Positions 53,917 to 62,660 of a DNA stretch of 64,000 nucleotides are shown here, one piece after another (position 1 is the first letter of the stretch; the number at the start of each line of letters is the position of its first letter). Source of the DNA: an uncultured Bacteroidales bacterium (GTDB lineage: Bacteria > Bacteroidota > Bacteroidia > Bacteroidales > Paludibacteraceae); contig CACZEL010000004.1 in the NCBI GenBank assembly GCA_902780235.1, positions 9,402 through 73,401 of the forward strand. Reading direction: 5' to 3'. The position numbers and the translations under genes were made by a program. Under the pieces are notes generated by a model. The model was not told where the DNA came from, searched no databases, and saw only the letters and a program-made list of their open reading frames with translations.

Positions 53917-55440
53917 AAATGTACGTAAGTAGCGTTCTATGTCAGCGATATCTTCGTAGAACGGTGTATCTTCGATGATCGTCGGCGTGATGGCGCGGAT
54001 GGCATCGTACTGCATTCTGGTAGCAGGAGCCAATTGGTCCTGAATACCAAGACAGTCCACCGCTTGCGCCAACGCCAGGTACAAGATCGCCAGCACCTGA
54101 TAGCAGTTGTCAATCACCTGCGCACACAGTTCGGCGCTGTTCGTACCCATCGAGACGATATCCTGGTTGTCGTTATTATTCGGAATAGAGTGTACGTAGT
54201 TCGGCATCGCCAAAGTCTGGCACTCCGCCGTCGTACTAGTGGCCGTGAACTGGCATGCCTGGATGCCGTAGTTCAGACCTAAGGTTCCTAAATTGAGGAA
54301 CGGAGGTAAGATACCGTTGATACGGTCATGGCAGAGGTAGTTCAGTTGTCGCTCACTGATCATCGCCAGACGCACCATCGCGATCTTCATCTTATCTGCT
54401 TCCAGCGATATGTAATCGCCGTGGAAATTACCGCCATGATAAACGTTCTGCGTTACGGGATCAACAATCGGGTTGTCGCTCGCAGCATTCAGTTCTTCTT
54501 CGATCACCATGCGGCTGTACGCCAGCGTGTCTGCGATCGGACCCAGGATCTGCGGGGCACAACGCAAGGAATAATAGGCCTGTACCTTGTCCTTGAACAC
54601 ATGCTGCCCTTCATCCATTAATCCGTTCACCCGTTCACCATTATACAACAAGTTCTCCCTTTTCTGCAGACGCTTGCTACCCTTACTGAGTTTACGCATC
54701 TGTTCGGCGATCAGGATCTGTCCGCCGTGCCGACGGGCCTCATTGAGCGGCGCCGCCATCAGGTCGTCATAACTGCCGGCTATCTCGTTCATCCATACAG
54801 CTGCCAGAGTAGCCCAATACAGCAGTTGTTCAGCGTTCATTTGATTGACCGCACTGATACCAGTCATCACGCTGGTTCCGTTGGTGCAACTCAGTCCTTC
54901 GCGCAGATGGATCGTCATCGGTTGCAACCCGCATTCGTCTAATACCTCTTTGGTGGGACGCCATGCGCCTTGGTAATGCACTTTTCCTTCCCCGATCAGG
55001 CACAAGGCGATATGGGCTAACTGCACCAGATCACCGCTGGCACCCACACTGCCGTGCTTGGGAATGAAAGGACAGATACCGCGGTTGATAAACTCCGTCA
55101 GCAGGTTCACCAACTCCGGATGGATACCGCTCTTGCATTGCGCGAACGAGCCCACGCGCGCGAGCATAGCCGCGCGTACAAAATTATCCTCCAGCGGTTC
55201 GCCCGCGCCTGTGGCGTGAGAGCGGATAATGTTATACTGCAACTCACGGAGATGGTCATCCGCTACACGCCACTGCGCCATCGGACCAAAACCCGTGTTG
55301 ATGCCGTATATCACCTTATCGCTAGAGAAACGCTGCAGAAAGGCAAAGCAGTCCGCTATGCCCTTCTGCGTCTCTATATCCCATTCCAAACGACCATTCC
55401 CATAGAGAATGTCGTGAATGAGTTCAATCGTGATTGTCAT
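53914..55440 (-). CDS. Aromatic amino acid ammonia-lyase (HAL/TAL/PAL family, MIO cofactor)
   Basis: ..GSVGASGDLVQLAH.. (Ala-Ser-Gly MIO triad), ..YGINTGFG.. . Confidence 0.9.
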   Translation of the reverse strand: MTITIELIHDILYGNGRLEWDIETQKGIADCFAFLQRFSSDKVIYGINTGFGPMAQWRVADDHLRELQYNIIRSHATGAGEPLEDNFVRAAMLARVGSFAQCKSGIHPELVNLLTEFINRGICPFIPKHGSVGASGDLVQLAHIALCLIGEGKVHYQGAWRPTKEVLDECGLQPMTIHLREGLSCTNGTSVMTGISAVNQMNAEQLLYWATLAAVWMNEIAGSYDDLMAAPLNEARRHGGQILIAEQMRKLSKGSKRLQKRENLLYNGERVNGLMDEGQHVFKDKVQAYYSLRCAPQILGPIADTLAYSRMVIEEELNAASDNPIVDPVTQNVYHGGNFHGDYISLEADKMKIAMVRLAMISERQLNYLCHDRINGILPPFLNLGTLGLNYGIQACQFTATSTTAECQTLAMPNYVHSIPNNNDNQDIVSMGTNSAELCAQVIDNCYQVLAILYLALAQAVDCLGIQDQLAPATRMQYDAIRAITPTIIEDTPFYEDIADIERYLRTF

Positions 55441-56930
55441 CGTTTATAGTTTTCCCACTTCGTATTACGCATGTCGCCGCTCTTGAGGAACTCCTCATGC
55501 ATAGCGAAGGCGCAACTTAACTCATGTTGTGTCTGACCGTGACGTGCGATCTTGAGGTAGTCCCGCAGCATCTCGCGATACTCAGGTGCTACACAGTTAT
55601 TGATGATCTCTTCAGCGCGCTGACGCGGACTCTTACCACGCAGATCGGCTACACCCTGTTCGGTCACCAGCACCTTCACGCTGTGCTCACTATGGTCGAG
55701 GTGCGTCACCATCGGTACGATGGACGAGATAGCGCCGTTCTTCGCCGTCGAAGCGGTGGTGAAGATAGACAGGTACGAGTTACGGGCGAAATCACCCGAA
55801 CCGCCGATACCGTTCATCATCTTCGTACCGCAAACATGCGTCGAGTTGACGTTGCCGTAGATGTCTGCTTCGAGCGCCGTGTTGATGGCGATGATACCCA
55901 AACGACGGGCGATCTCCGGACTGTTGGACGTCTCTTGCGGACGAAGCAACAACTTGTCACGATAGAAATCAAGGTCAGCCAGTACTTCTGCCATCTTGCT
56001 CTCTACCAGACGGAGAGAGCATCCGCTCGCGAACTTACAATGTCCGGCTTTGATGAGATCCACCACGCTATCCTGGATCACCTCCGAGTACATCTCAAAG
56101 GGCGGGATATTGGGGTTCTTGCCCAGTTCGCCAAGGACCGCATTCGCTACGTTTCCTACACCCGATTGGATCGGCAAGAAGGAAGCCGGGATACGTCCCG
56201 CTTTCATCTCTGCCTCCAGGAAAGCCGCTACGTTGGCGCCGATCTTAGCCGTCGTCTCATCTACCGGCGTGAAAGCCGGGATCTCATTTGGACGGTTGGT
56301 CTTCACCACCGCTGCGATCTTCGCCGGATCCACTTTGATATGGTCCGAACCGCAACGATCCGATGGCTTATAGATCGGGATCTCGCGACGGCAAGGAGGA
56401 TCAAGCGGCTCATACAAGTCATGCATGCCACGCATCGAAGCGGGGAACATCTCGTTTAACTCGATGATGATCTTATCCGCCAAACGACAGATGGTCGGCA
56501 TGATACCTACACCGGCAGCCGGAACGATCGTTCCGTCTTCCCCTACATACGATGCCTCGATGATCGCCCAGTTGGGCTTCGGAAGGAATCCGTAACGCAG
56601 GTCCTGCGGCATATGACTCAGGTGGCCGTCGAAATAGTGCGTTCCTTCGGCATTGATCTCGTCACGCATCGACTTGTTCGATTGGTACGGCGTACGGAAC
56701 TCGACCGCGTGAGCGCGTGCTAACGCACCGTCACAACTGTCACCCATCGACGCACCGGTCTCCAGACCTACACGGAAAGGAATACCCTGCTCGTGCAGAC
56801 GCTCTGCGCGTTGTGCCAAAGCAAACGGCACTGCCTTGGGCACTCCGGTAGCAGTAAAACCACCGAGACCCAAGACATCACCATGTTGTATTAATTCGGC
56901 AGCTTGCTCTGCCGACATGTATTTTAACAT
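55437..56930 (-). CDS. Acetyl-CoA hydrolase/transferase family protein (succinate/acetate CoA-transferase-like)
   Basis: ..GDVLGLGGFTATGVPKA.., ..IAINTALEADIYGNVNS.., ..GIGGSGDF.. . Start set to MLKYMSAEQ, because the track's N-terminus reads through a repeat. Confidence 0.85.
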   Translation of the reverse strand: MLKYMSAEQAAELIQHGDVLGLGGFTATGVPKAVPFALAQRAERLHEQGIPFRVGLETGASMGDSCDGALARAHAVEFRTPYQSNKSMRDEINAEGTHYFDGHLSHMPQDLRYGFLPKPNWAIIEASYVGEDGTIVPAAGVGIMPTICRLADKIIIELNEMFPASMRGMHDLYEPLDPPCRREIPIYKPSDRCGSDHIKVDPAKIAAVVKTNRPNEIPAFTPVDETTAKIGANVAAFLEAEMKAGRIPASFLPIQSGVGNVANAVLGELGKNPNIPPFEMYSEVIQDSVVDLIKAGHCKFASGCSLRLVESKMAEVLADLDFYRDKLLLRPQETSNSPEIARRLGIIAINTALEADIYGNVNSTHVCGTKMMNGIGGSGDFARNSYLSIFTTASTAKNGAISSIVPMVTHLDHSEHSVKVLVTEQGVADLRGKSPRQRAEEIINNCVAPEYREMLRDYLKIARHGQTQHELSCAFAMHEEFLKSGDMRNTKWENYKR

Positions 56931-56931
56931 T

Positions 56932-56975
56932 TTCTTATTTTCGCATTTTTTCATTTTCTCATTTTCTCATTTAAG
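56932..56975. repeat. Left flank block of four-helix-bundle gene B
   Basis: ..CGCATTTTTTCATTTTCTCATTTTCTCATTTAAG. The inner 14 nt, CATTTTCTCATTTA (56960-56973), are a perfect inverted match to 57356-57369. Confidence 0.9.
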
Positions 56976-57353
56976 CTATGACGCTTGAGAAGGAATGATA
57001 TCTCGCTTTATTTTGAACGTACTAATAGATTTAGTAGTTATTTTACACAACTCTAAACATTCGTCATAAAGCGGCTGCACTCTGGATTTTGGAAGCATCT
57101 CTGTTTCCATAATGATATCTAACCAATGTGCTGTTTCATCTATTTCCTCTTCCACTATCTTTAACTTATTCACAAAATCTTTTTCAGATTTAGCTAAACA
57201 AGCAGCTCTATAATTAGCAGCAGGGGACGTTCCTGAACGAACTATTTGACGCGCAATTGCCCAAGCCGATATGGTATTAGGCATAGCATCTACCATTCTA
57301 ATAATCCTTATAGAAAAGGCACGGAAACGTTCTTTTAATTCATCTTCCTGCAT
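56976..57353 (-). CDS. Four-helix-bundle protein, 23S rRNA-IVS / Avd family (copy B)
   Basis: ..IARQIVRSGTSPAANYRAACLAKSEKDFVNKLKIVEEEIDETAHWL.. . Confidence 0.85.
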   Translation of the reverse strand: MQEDELKERFRAFSIRIIRMVDAMPNTISAWAIARQIVRSGTSPAANYRAACLAKSEKDFVNKLKIVEEEIDETAHWLDIIMETEMLPKSRVQPLYDECLELCKITTKSISTFKIKRDIIPSQAS

Positions 57354-57394
57354 ACTAAATGAGAAAATGCGAAAATGAGTAAATGAATAAATGA
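57354..57394. repeat. Right flank block of gene B (inverted)
   Basis: ACTAAATGAGAAAATGCGAAAATGAGTAAATGAATAAATGA. Confidence 0.9.
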
Positions 57395-58393
57395 TTAGGC
57401 TTTGCCGTCAGAACCGAGCACGTTGATGATCTTGTGCTTGTAGAGCTCCTCCATCAGGTCACGAGCCGGACCGCAGTACTTACGCGGATCGAACTCACCC
57501 GGTTTCTCAGCGAAGACCTTACGAACAGCAGCGGTGAAAGCAAGACGGCTGTCGGAGTCGATGTTGATCTTGCAAACAGCACTCTTGGCAGCCTTGCGGA
57601 GTTGCTCCTCAGGAATACCTACTGCATCAGGCAGTTTACCGCCGTATTGGTTGATCATATCTACATACTCTTGCGGAACGGAAGACGAACCGTGCAGCAC
57701 GATCGGGAAGCCCGGCAGTTGCTCCATGATAGCGTCGAGAACGTCGAATGCCAAGGGGGGCGGAACGAGACGACCGGTCTTCGGGTCACGGGTGCACTGC
57801 TCCGGAGTGAACTTGTATGCGCCGTGCGAAGTACCGATCGAGATAGCCAAGCTGTCGCAGCCCGTACGGGTAGCGAAATCAACTACCTCTTCCGGTTTGG
57901 TGTAGTGGCTCACTGCAGACGATACCTCATCCTCAACACCTGCGAGCACGCCGAGTTCAGCCTCAACAGTTACATCGAACTGGTGAGCATACTCAACCAC
58001 TTTCTTGGTCAGCGCGATGTTCTCTTCGTACGGAAGCGAACTTGCATCGATCATGACGCTCGAGAAACCGAAGTCAACACAGCTCTTGCAGAGTTCGAAG
58101 CTGTCACCGTGGTCGAGGTGCAGACAGATCTGCGGATGCTCCCAACCGAGTTCTTTAGCGTACTCTACAGCACCTTGTGCCATATAACGGAGCAGGGTTT
58201 GGTTAGCGTAGTTACGCGCACCCTTCGATACCTGAAGGATCACCGGACTCTTGGTCTCAGCAGCTGCTTTGATGATAGCTTGGAGCTGCTCCATGTTGTT
58301 GAAGTTGAATGCCGGGATAGCATAGCCTCCCTTGATTGCCTTTGCGAACATTTCACGAGTGTTCACAAGACCTAATTCTTTGTAAGATACCAT
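57395..58393 (-). CDS. fba: Class II fructose-1,6-bisphosphate aldolase
   Basis: ..YAIPAFNFNNMEQ.., ..LHLDHG.., ..IGTSHGAYKF.., ..LHGSS.. . Confidence 0.95.
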   Translation of the reverse strand: MVSYKELGLVNTREMFAKAIKGGYAIPAFNFNNMEQLQAIIKAAAETKSPVILQVSKGARNYANQTLLRYMAQGAVEYAKELGWEHPQICLHLDHGDSFELCKSCVDFGFSSVMIDASSLPYEENIALTKKVVEYAHQFDVTVEAELGVLAGVEDEVSSAVSHYTKPEEVVDFATRTGCDSLAISIGTSHGAYKFTPEQCTRDPKTGRLVPPPLAFDVLDAIMEQLPGFPIVLHGSSSVPQEYVDMINQYGGKLPDAVGIPEEQLRKAAKSAVCKINIDSDSRLAFTAAVRKVFAEKPGEFDPRKYCGPARDLMEELYKHKIINVLGSDGKA

Positions 58394-58414
58394 AATGTTT
58401 AAAATTAAATTTTT

Positions 58415-58528
58415 ATGTTTGATGTTGTTTGATATTGTTTGACATTGTTTGACATTGTTTGATGTCGTTTGAGGTTGTTTGATCTTGTTAACGATCTCAA
58501 ACCTTCAAACTATCTCAAACCTTCAAAC
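58415..58528. repeat. Empty polarity-switching block (GTTTGA then TCAAAC)
   Basis: (N4)GTTTGA 10-mers x7, a switch at TTGTTAACGATC, then CTCAAACCTTCAAAC.. . The 28-nt core at 58486-58513 is identical to 63473-63500. Confidence 0.9.
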
Positions 58529-59603
58529 GACTTGCGTAGTGTCCACGAATCAGCACATGATGGTTGTGGATCGGGTTGGTCAGGAAATACTGACTCACTT
58601 CGGGTGTAGCCTTGATCCAAACCTGCGTACGGCAGAGGTTGGGCTCGAACTGACAACGCTCGAGTTCCACATCCACTGCTAACAAACGCTGCATGTCGCC
58701 GCTCATCTTGAGAAGCGTGTAGTCGCCTGTCGGCAGATCGCCGTGGATCGCTACACCGATACCCGACTCGAAATGCGTGGTGTACTCATGCTTCTCGGTC
58801 ATACCCAAGGGCAGCGTACAGTGCGCGAACAGCATCTCGCCGTCGGCTTGGATACGTGCCGGATTGACTTGGAAGCATAACTCACCCGTCAGACGCTTGG
58901 CGATCATCATCGTCAGCAGGGTCGGTATATCGCCTTCGCATGCTGCCGGAATACCTTCGTCATTGAGTTTGCTGAGCGCGATACAACCCGTGTTCTTAAC
59001 CGTGGTCAACAGGTCAAAACAACGCAGTGTCACGCCCTGCAGATCATATTGCTCCACAAGTTCTTTGAGACGCGCGTAGATAGCCTCAGCACCTTTCATG
59101 CCCGGATCCACCTCGCCCAATTTCGTCATCTCTTCGATCGCGATGTCCACCAATTCGATGTTCATCCGCTTCAGCACCTCGGTATAATTGACGCCCGATG
59201 AAATCAACCAATCGGACGGTTTACCGACAACGCCCAGACGCAGCGGTTGGTCGCTATGCAGCAATTTCTCCGAAGGCTGAATACTGACTACTGACGGCTG
59301 ATCACTGATCGCCAGATCGGTATCCTCCGCGTTCATCATCACTTTGCCGACCCCCTGATGCTGACGAACATAACTCAGGATCTCCAGCGAAGCGGCCAAG
59401 GAGTTACTATGCCCGCTGACCATCAGATAAACCGGTTGGCTCAGGTCAATCAACCCGTCTTCCACCAACTGAACGAACTTAGCCTCCGTTCCGCCGGTCA
59501 GAATAGCCACTACCTGATGGTCATTCAGAAACGCCTGCGGCAATTCAAACGGCACCGTCAGCGTCTCTTTATGCATCTCCGATGATAAAATATGCAAGAT
59601 CAT
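58515..59603 (-). CDS. L-arabinose/L-fucose isomerase-superfamily-like protein, paralog 1
   Basis: ..ACEGDIPTLL.. and C-terminal ..NHHVLIRGH.. resemble the AraA/FucI catalytic-domain layout. Substrate unknown. Confidence 0.5.
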   Translation of the reverse strand: MILHILSSEMHKETLTVPFELPQAFLNDHQVVAILTGGTEAKFVQLVEDGLIDLSQPVYLMVSGHSNSLAASLEILSYVRQHQGVGKVMMNAEDTDLAISDQPSVVSIQPSEKLLHSDQPLRLGVVGKPSDWLISSGVNYTEVLKRMNIELVDIAIEEMTKLGEVDPGMKGAEAIYARLKELVEQYDLQGVTLRCFDLLTTVKNTGCIALSKLNDEGIPAACEGDIPTLLTMMIAKRLTGELCFQVNPARIQADGEMLFAHCTLPLGMTEKHEYTTHFESGIGVAIHGDLPTGDYTLLKMSGDMQRLLAVDVELERCQFEPNLCRTQVWIKATPEVSQYFLTNPIHNHHVLIRGHYASRLKV

Positions 59604-60688
59604 TCTCTCCAGAATTTAGCAGCGTGATGACCCTTGATCAATACATGGTGGTCGGACAGCGGATTGGTCAGCAGGTACTGGCTCACGATAGGCGTGGACT
59701 GAACCCAGATCTGCGTGCGGCACATGTTCTGCTCATATTGGCATCGGGTCACTTGGACATTCACCGCCAGCAGACGCTTCATGTCGTGACTCAGCTTAAC
59801 CAAGGTATAATCGCCCGGCTCCACTTCGCCGTGGATAGCGACACCGATACCCGACTCGAAATGCGTGGTGTACTCATGCTTCTTGGTCATCTTCAGAGGT
59901 ATGGTACATTTCGCCAGCAGGATCTTTCCGTCCGGTTGGATACGTGCCGGACTACCCATGAAGGCCGGTTCGCCGGTCAGTTTACGGCAAGCCATCATCG
60001 TCAGCAATACCGGGATATCGCCCTCACAACCGGCTGCAATACCCTCGTCCTGCAACTTGCTGACTGCTACACAACCCGTGTTCTTCAGCGTCGTGAAGAG
60101 CTCGAAACAACGAACAGTGATACCGTCCAACTTGTATTTGGCGATGATCTCTTTCTCGCGCTCGTAGATGGCTTCTGCACCTTTCATACCGGGATCGACC
60201 TCACCGAGGCTTGCCATCTCGTCAAACGGGATATCCACCAACTCGCAGTTCATCGTAGCCAGCACGGCTTTGTAATCCACACCCGAAGCGATCAACCAGT
60301 CTTGCGACTTGCCGACTACACCGAGGCGCAACTTCTTCTCGTTCTTCAGCACTTTCTCCAGCGGCACGCGGGTAAGCGATGCGGTCTCGCTCTCATCTAC
60401 AAAAACCGTATCATTCGGATGCTGCATGATCTTCGCGATTCCGTTGCGCTGACGAATGAAACTCAGGATCTCCAACGCTGCCGGAAGAGAGTTACTGAAT
60501 CCGCCGACTAACAGATAAACAGGGCGCTTCAGGTCTATCTTCTTCTCGCGAACGAGATCCACGAACATAGCCTCTGTTCCTCCGGACAGAACGGCTACTA
60601 CTTGGTTTTCTTCGATAAACGAATCCGACACCTTAAACGGCACTTCCAATACCTCCGTGTGGAGTTGGGAACGTAATTTGTGTAACAT
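59600..60688 (-). CDS. L-arabinose/L-fucose isomerase-superfamily-like protein, paralog 2
   Basis: Collinear with paralog 1 along its full length. ATGA overlap. Confidence 0.5.
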   Translation of the reverse strand: MLHKLRSQLHTEVLEVPFKVSDSFIEENQVVAVLSGGTEAMFVDLVREKKIDLKRPVYLLVGGFSNSLPAALEILSFIRQRNGIAKIMQHPNDTVFVDESETASLTRVPLEKVLKNEKKLRLGVVGKSQDWLIASGVDYKAVLATMNCELVDIPFDEMASLGEVDPGMKGAEAIYEREKEIIAKYKLDGITVRCFELFTTLKNTGCVAVSKLQDEGIAAGCEGDIPVLLTMMACRKLTGEPAFMGSPARIQPDGKILLAKCTIPLKMTKKHEYTTHFESGIGVAIHGEVEPGDYTLVKLSHDMKRLLAVNVQVTRCQYEQNMCRTQIWVQSTPIVSQYLLTNPLSDHHVLIKGHHAAKFWRE

Positions 60689-60751
60689 GGTTCTATTATT
60701 TTATGGGTTTAACTGTTCTCTGTTTTTTAATCGTGTACATAAATGACGCCG

Positions 60752-60783
60752 CAAAATTACAAAAAAAATTTGATATGTGCAAA
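60752..60783 (-). promoter_or_regulatory. Promoter for the isomerase-like pair
   Basis: The minus strand reads TTTG-N20-TAATTTTG. Confidence 0.6.
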
Positions 60784-60819
60784 TTTATTTATAAATTTTG
60801 TAAAATTATGTGCAAAAAC

Positions 60820-60850
60820 TTGCATATATGCAATTTTTGTAGTACTTTTG
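60820..60850 (+). promoter_or_regulatory. Promoter for the CPBP gene
   Basis: TTG-N20-TACTTTTG, 4 nt before the ATG (near-leaderless). Confidence 0.6.
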
Positions 60851-60854
60851 CAGC

Positions 60855-61832
60855 ATGAAAAAGAATCTTTTCGTTCGTCTTATCACATGGCTCGCCATCA
60901 TGGCGGTGCTGACCTTGATAGCGATGGGGGCTTGGATGCTCCTTAGCGGGAACAGTCAGAGTACAGTCAGTCTCAAATGGCTGCAGTTCGTTCAGACGGT
61001 TGCTACTTTTTTAATCCCGCCTGTGCTCTGCGCTTGGCTGTGGGACGCCGATCGACGTCCCTTCGCGTGGCTTAAGATGGACAAGCGCGTCGATGGGTCG
61101 CTCTTTGCTTTGGCGGTCGTCCTCATGGTCTGCGCCGTACCGGCTATCAACCTCTTGGCGGATCTCAACAGCCGTATCACGCTGCCGGAGAGCATGGCGG
61201 CATGGGAGGCGAAGATGAAATCGATGGAAGCCGCAGCGGCAGCGCTCACCGAACGCTTCCTGCAAGTCGATAATCTCGGCGGACTCATCATCAACCTCGG
61301 TCTGATGGCCCTCCTTCCCGCCCTCTCCGAAGAACTCTCCTTCCGCGGCACCCTGCAGCAGCTAATAGCCAATAGCCAAGAGCTAAGAGCCAATAGCCAA
61401 CAGCTAAGAGCCAATAGCCAACAGTTAAGAGCCAAGAGCCAAGAGCTAATAGCCAATAGCCAACAGCTAATAGCCAATAGCCATATGGCTATATGGATCA
61501 CTGCTATTATATTTTCAGCGATACATATGCAATTTTACGGTTTCATCCCGCGTATGCTCATGGGCGCGATGTTCGGCTATGTCTTCGTCTGGACGGGTAG
61601 CCTGTGGGTGCCGATCGTCATGCATTTCACCAACAACGCACTCGCGGTTGTGGTTTACTACATAACAGCCAATAGCCAAGAGCTAATAGCCAATAGCCAA
61701 CAGCTAACAGCCAATAACCAAAATATCGCCGACACGATAGGTGCCGGCGATACATGGTGGTTAGGCGTCATCAGCCTGATCCTTACATCTCTGGGTCTAC
61801 TAATATTCTACCGCAGAACTCACAAGGAATAA
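60855..61832 (+). CDS. CPBP (CAAX/Abi) family intramembrane glutamic endopeptidase
   Basis: Motif 1 SEELSFRG, motif 2 FSAIH, motif 3 HFTNN. Two long repeat insertions lie in loops. Confidence 0.8.
   Translation: MKKNLFVRLITWLAIMAVLTLIAMGAWMLLSGNSQSTVSLKWLQFVQTVATFLIPPVLCAWLWDADRRPFAWLKMDKRVDGSLFALAVVLMVCAVPAINLLADLNSRITLPESMAAWEAKMKSMEAAAAALTERFLQVDNLGGLIINLGLMALLPALSEELSFRGTLQQLIANSQELRANSQQLRANSQQLRAKSQELIANSQQLIANSHMAIWITAIIFSAIHMQFYGFIPRMLMGAMFGYVFVWTGSLWVPIVMHFTNNALAVVVYYITANSQELIANSQQLTANNQNIADTIGAGDTWWLGVISLILTSLGLLIFYRRTHKE
61358..61496. repeat. In-frame 21-nt-period block between CPBP motifs 1 and 2
   Basis: Encodes IANSQELRANSQQLRANSQQLRAKSQELIANSQQLIANSH. Each 21-mer is three degenerate CCAATAG-type heptamers with the TAG removed. 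Confidence 0.95.
61664..61721. repeat. In-frame 21-nt-period block after CPBP motif 3
   Basis: Encodes ITANSQELIANSQQLTANNQN. Confidence 0.95.
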
Positions 61833-62517
61833 TACGTTTGCGAGCGCGGATGTCCAACTGACCCTGTGCAGGGATTTTTGCGTGACAACCTCCGCAGGAG
61901 TCACGTTCGATCTTAACAACAGCCAGACCGTTACGGGCATTCTTGCGGATACGCTTGAAAGCAGTCAGCAGACGCTCGTCGATCTTCTTCTCCAACTCCG
62001 TTGCTTTGAGAACGAGAGCCTCCGTCTTAGCTTTAGTCTCGGCTAAGATCTGGTCGAGTTCCGAACGTTTCTGGTTCAGATCCACCGTACGCTCCTCGAT
62101 ATCCTTCACGGTCTTTGTCTTCTCGGCGATACGTGCCTCCAACTCAGCCGTGAAATGTTTGATTTTGCGTTGCGATGCTTCGATCTCCAACTCCTGATAC
62201 TCGATCTCTTTGCTTAGGTTGTCGAACTCACGGTTGTTACGCACGCTGTTCTGCTGCTCTTTGTAACGCGAGATGGACGCATTGGCGTTCTCCGTACGTA
62301 CGCGGTGGTCAGAGATCTGCGTCTCGCACTCTTTGATGTCGTTCTCGATATTCACCAGACGGGTCTTGAGACCTTCCACTTCGTCGGCCATATCTTTTAC
62401 TTCTTGCGGTAACTCACCCGCCAATGCACGCAACTCGTCAATCTGCGAGTCCACTTGCTGCAATTCGTAGAGCGCTTTGAGCTTGTCCTCTACGGTTAAT
62501 TCTTTCGTTCTTGCCAT
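61783..62517 (-). CDS. Coiled-coil plus C4 zinc-ribbon protein (COG1579-like)
   Basis: Long heptad-rich N-terminus and ..CGGCHAKIP...IPCEFCGRIL. Lies directly upstream of nif3 on the minus strand; a nif3/Zn-ribbon pairing is common in my recollection. Confidence 0.75.
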   Translation of the reverse strand: MARTKELTVEDKLKALYELQQVDSQIDELRALAGELPQEVKDMADEVEGLKTRLVNIENDIKECETQISDHRVRTENANASISRYKEQQNSVRNNREFDNLSKEIEYQELEIEASQRKIKHFTAELEARIAEKTKTVKDIEERTVDLNQKRSELDQILAETKAKTEALVLKATELEKKIDERLLTAFKRIRKNARNGLAVVKIERDSCGGCHAKIPAQGQLDIRARKRIIPCEFCGRILVDPEM

Positions 62518-62530
62518 ACTATAATAGTTT

Positions 62531-62660
62531 TTTGTTTGACATTGTTGGATGTTGTTTGAGGTTGTTTGAGATCGTTTGAGATTGTTTGAGATTGTTTGAG
62601 ATCGTTTAAACCTTCAAACCTTCAAACTTCAAACTACCTCAAACCCTCAAACTTCAAACC
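62531..62660. repeat. Empty polarity-switching block (GTTTGA then TCAAAC)
   Basis: TTTGTTTGACATTGTTGGATGTTGTTTGAGGTTGTTTGAGATCGTTTGAG... switches at about 62607 to AAACCTTCAAACCTTCAAACTTCAAAC... . It contains the nif3 stop. Confidence 0.9.

Larger units (their letters stand above)
38033..55440 (-). other. Aryl-polyene / flexirubin-type (type II FAS-like) pigment-lipid biosynthetic gene cluster
   Basis: Co-directional, mostly overlapping genes. They encode an aromatic ammonia-lyase, FabG, 3-4 KS/KS-like proteins, 2 ACPs, 2 hotdog dehydratases, an O-methyltransferase, LpxL-like and LPLAT acyltransferases, GT2, an FAD oxidoreductase, a LolA-like protein, an adenylating enzyme and an MMPL-like exporter. 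Confidence 0.8.

Noticed and set aside
55437-56930. The CoA-transferase as part of the pigment cluster (ATGA overlap with the ammonia-lyase gene)
   Set aside because: The sequence looks like the housekeeping succinate/acetate CoA-transferase of anaerobic Bacteroidota. Adjacency alone is insufficient, so it is kept outside the cluster call, though co-transcription is possible.
23712-60511. Long antisense ORFs: 23712-24776, 26049-27098, 33861-34814, 43145-44491, 55524-56459, 57434-58375 and 59582-60511
   Set aside because: Each lies opposite a gene with unambiguous family motifs (AAA+, recJ, proS, GT2 fusion, CoA-transferase, fba, isomerase-like). Their translations are Arg/His/Leu-rich, as is typical of antisense frames.
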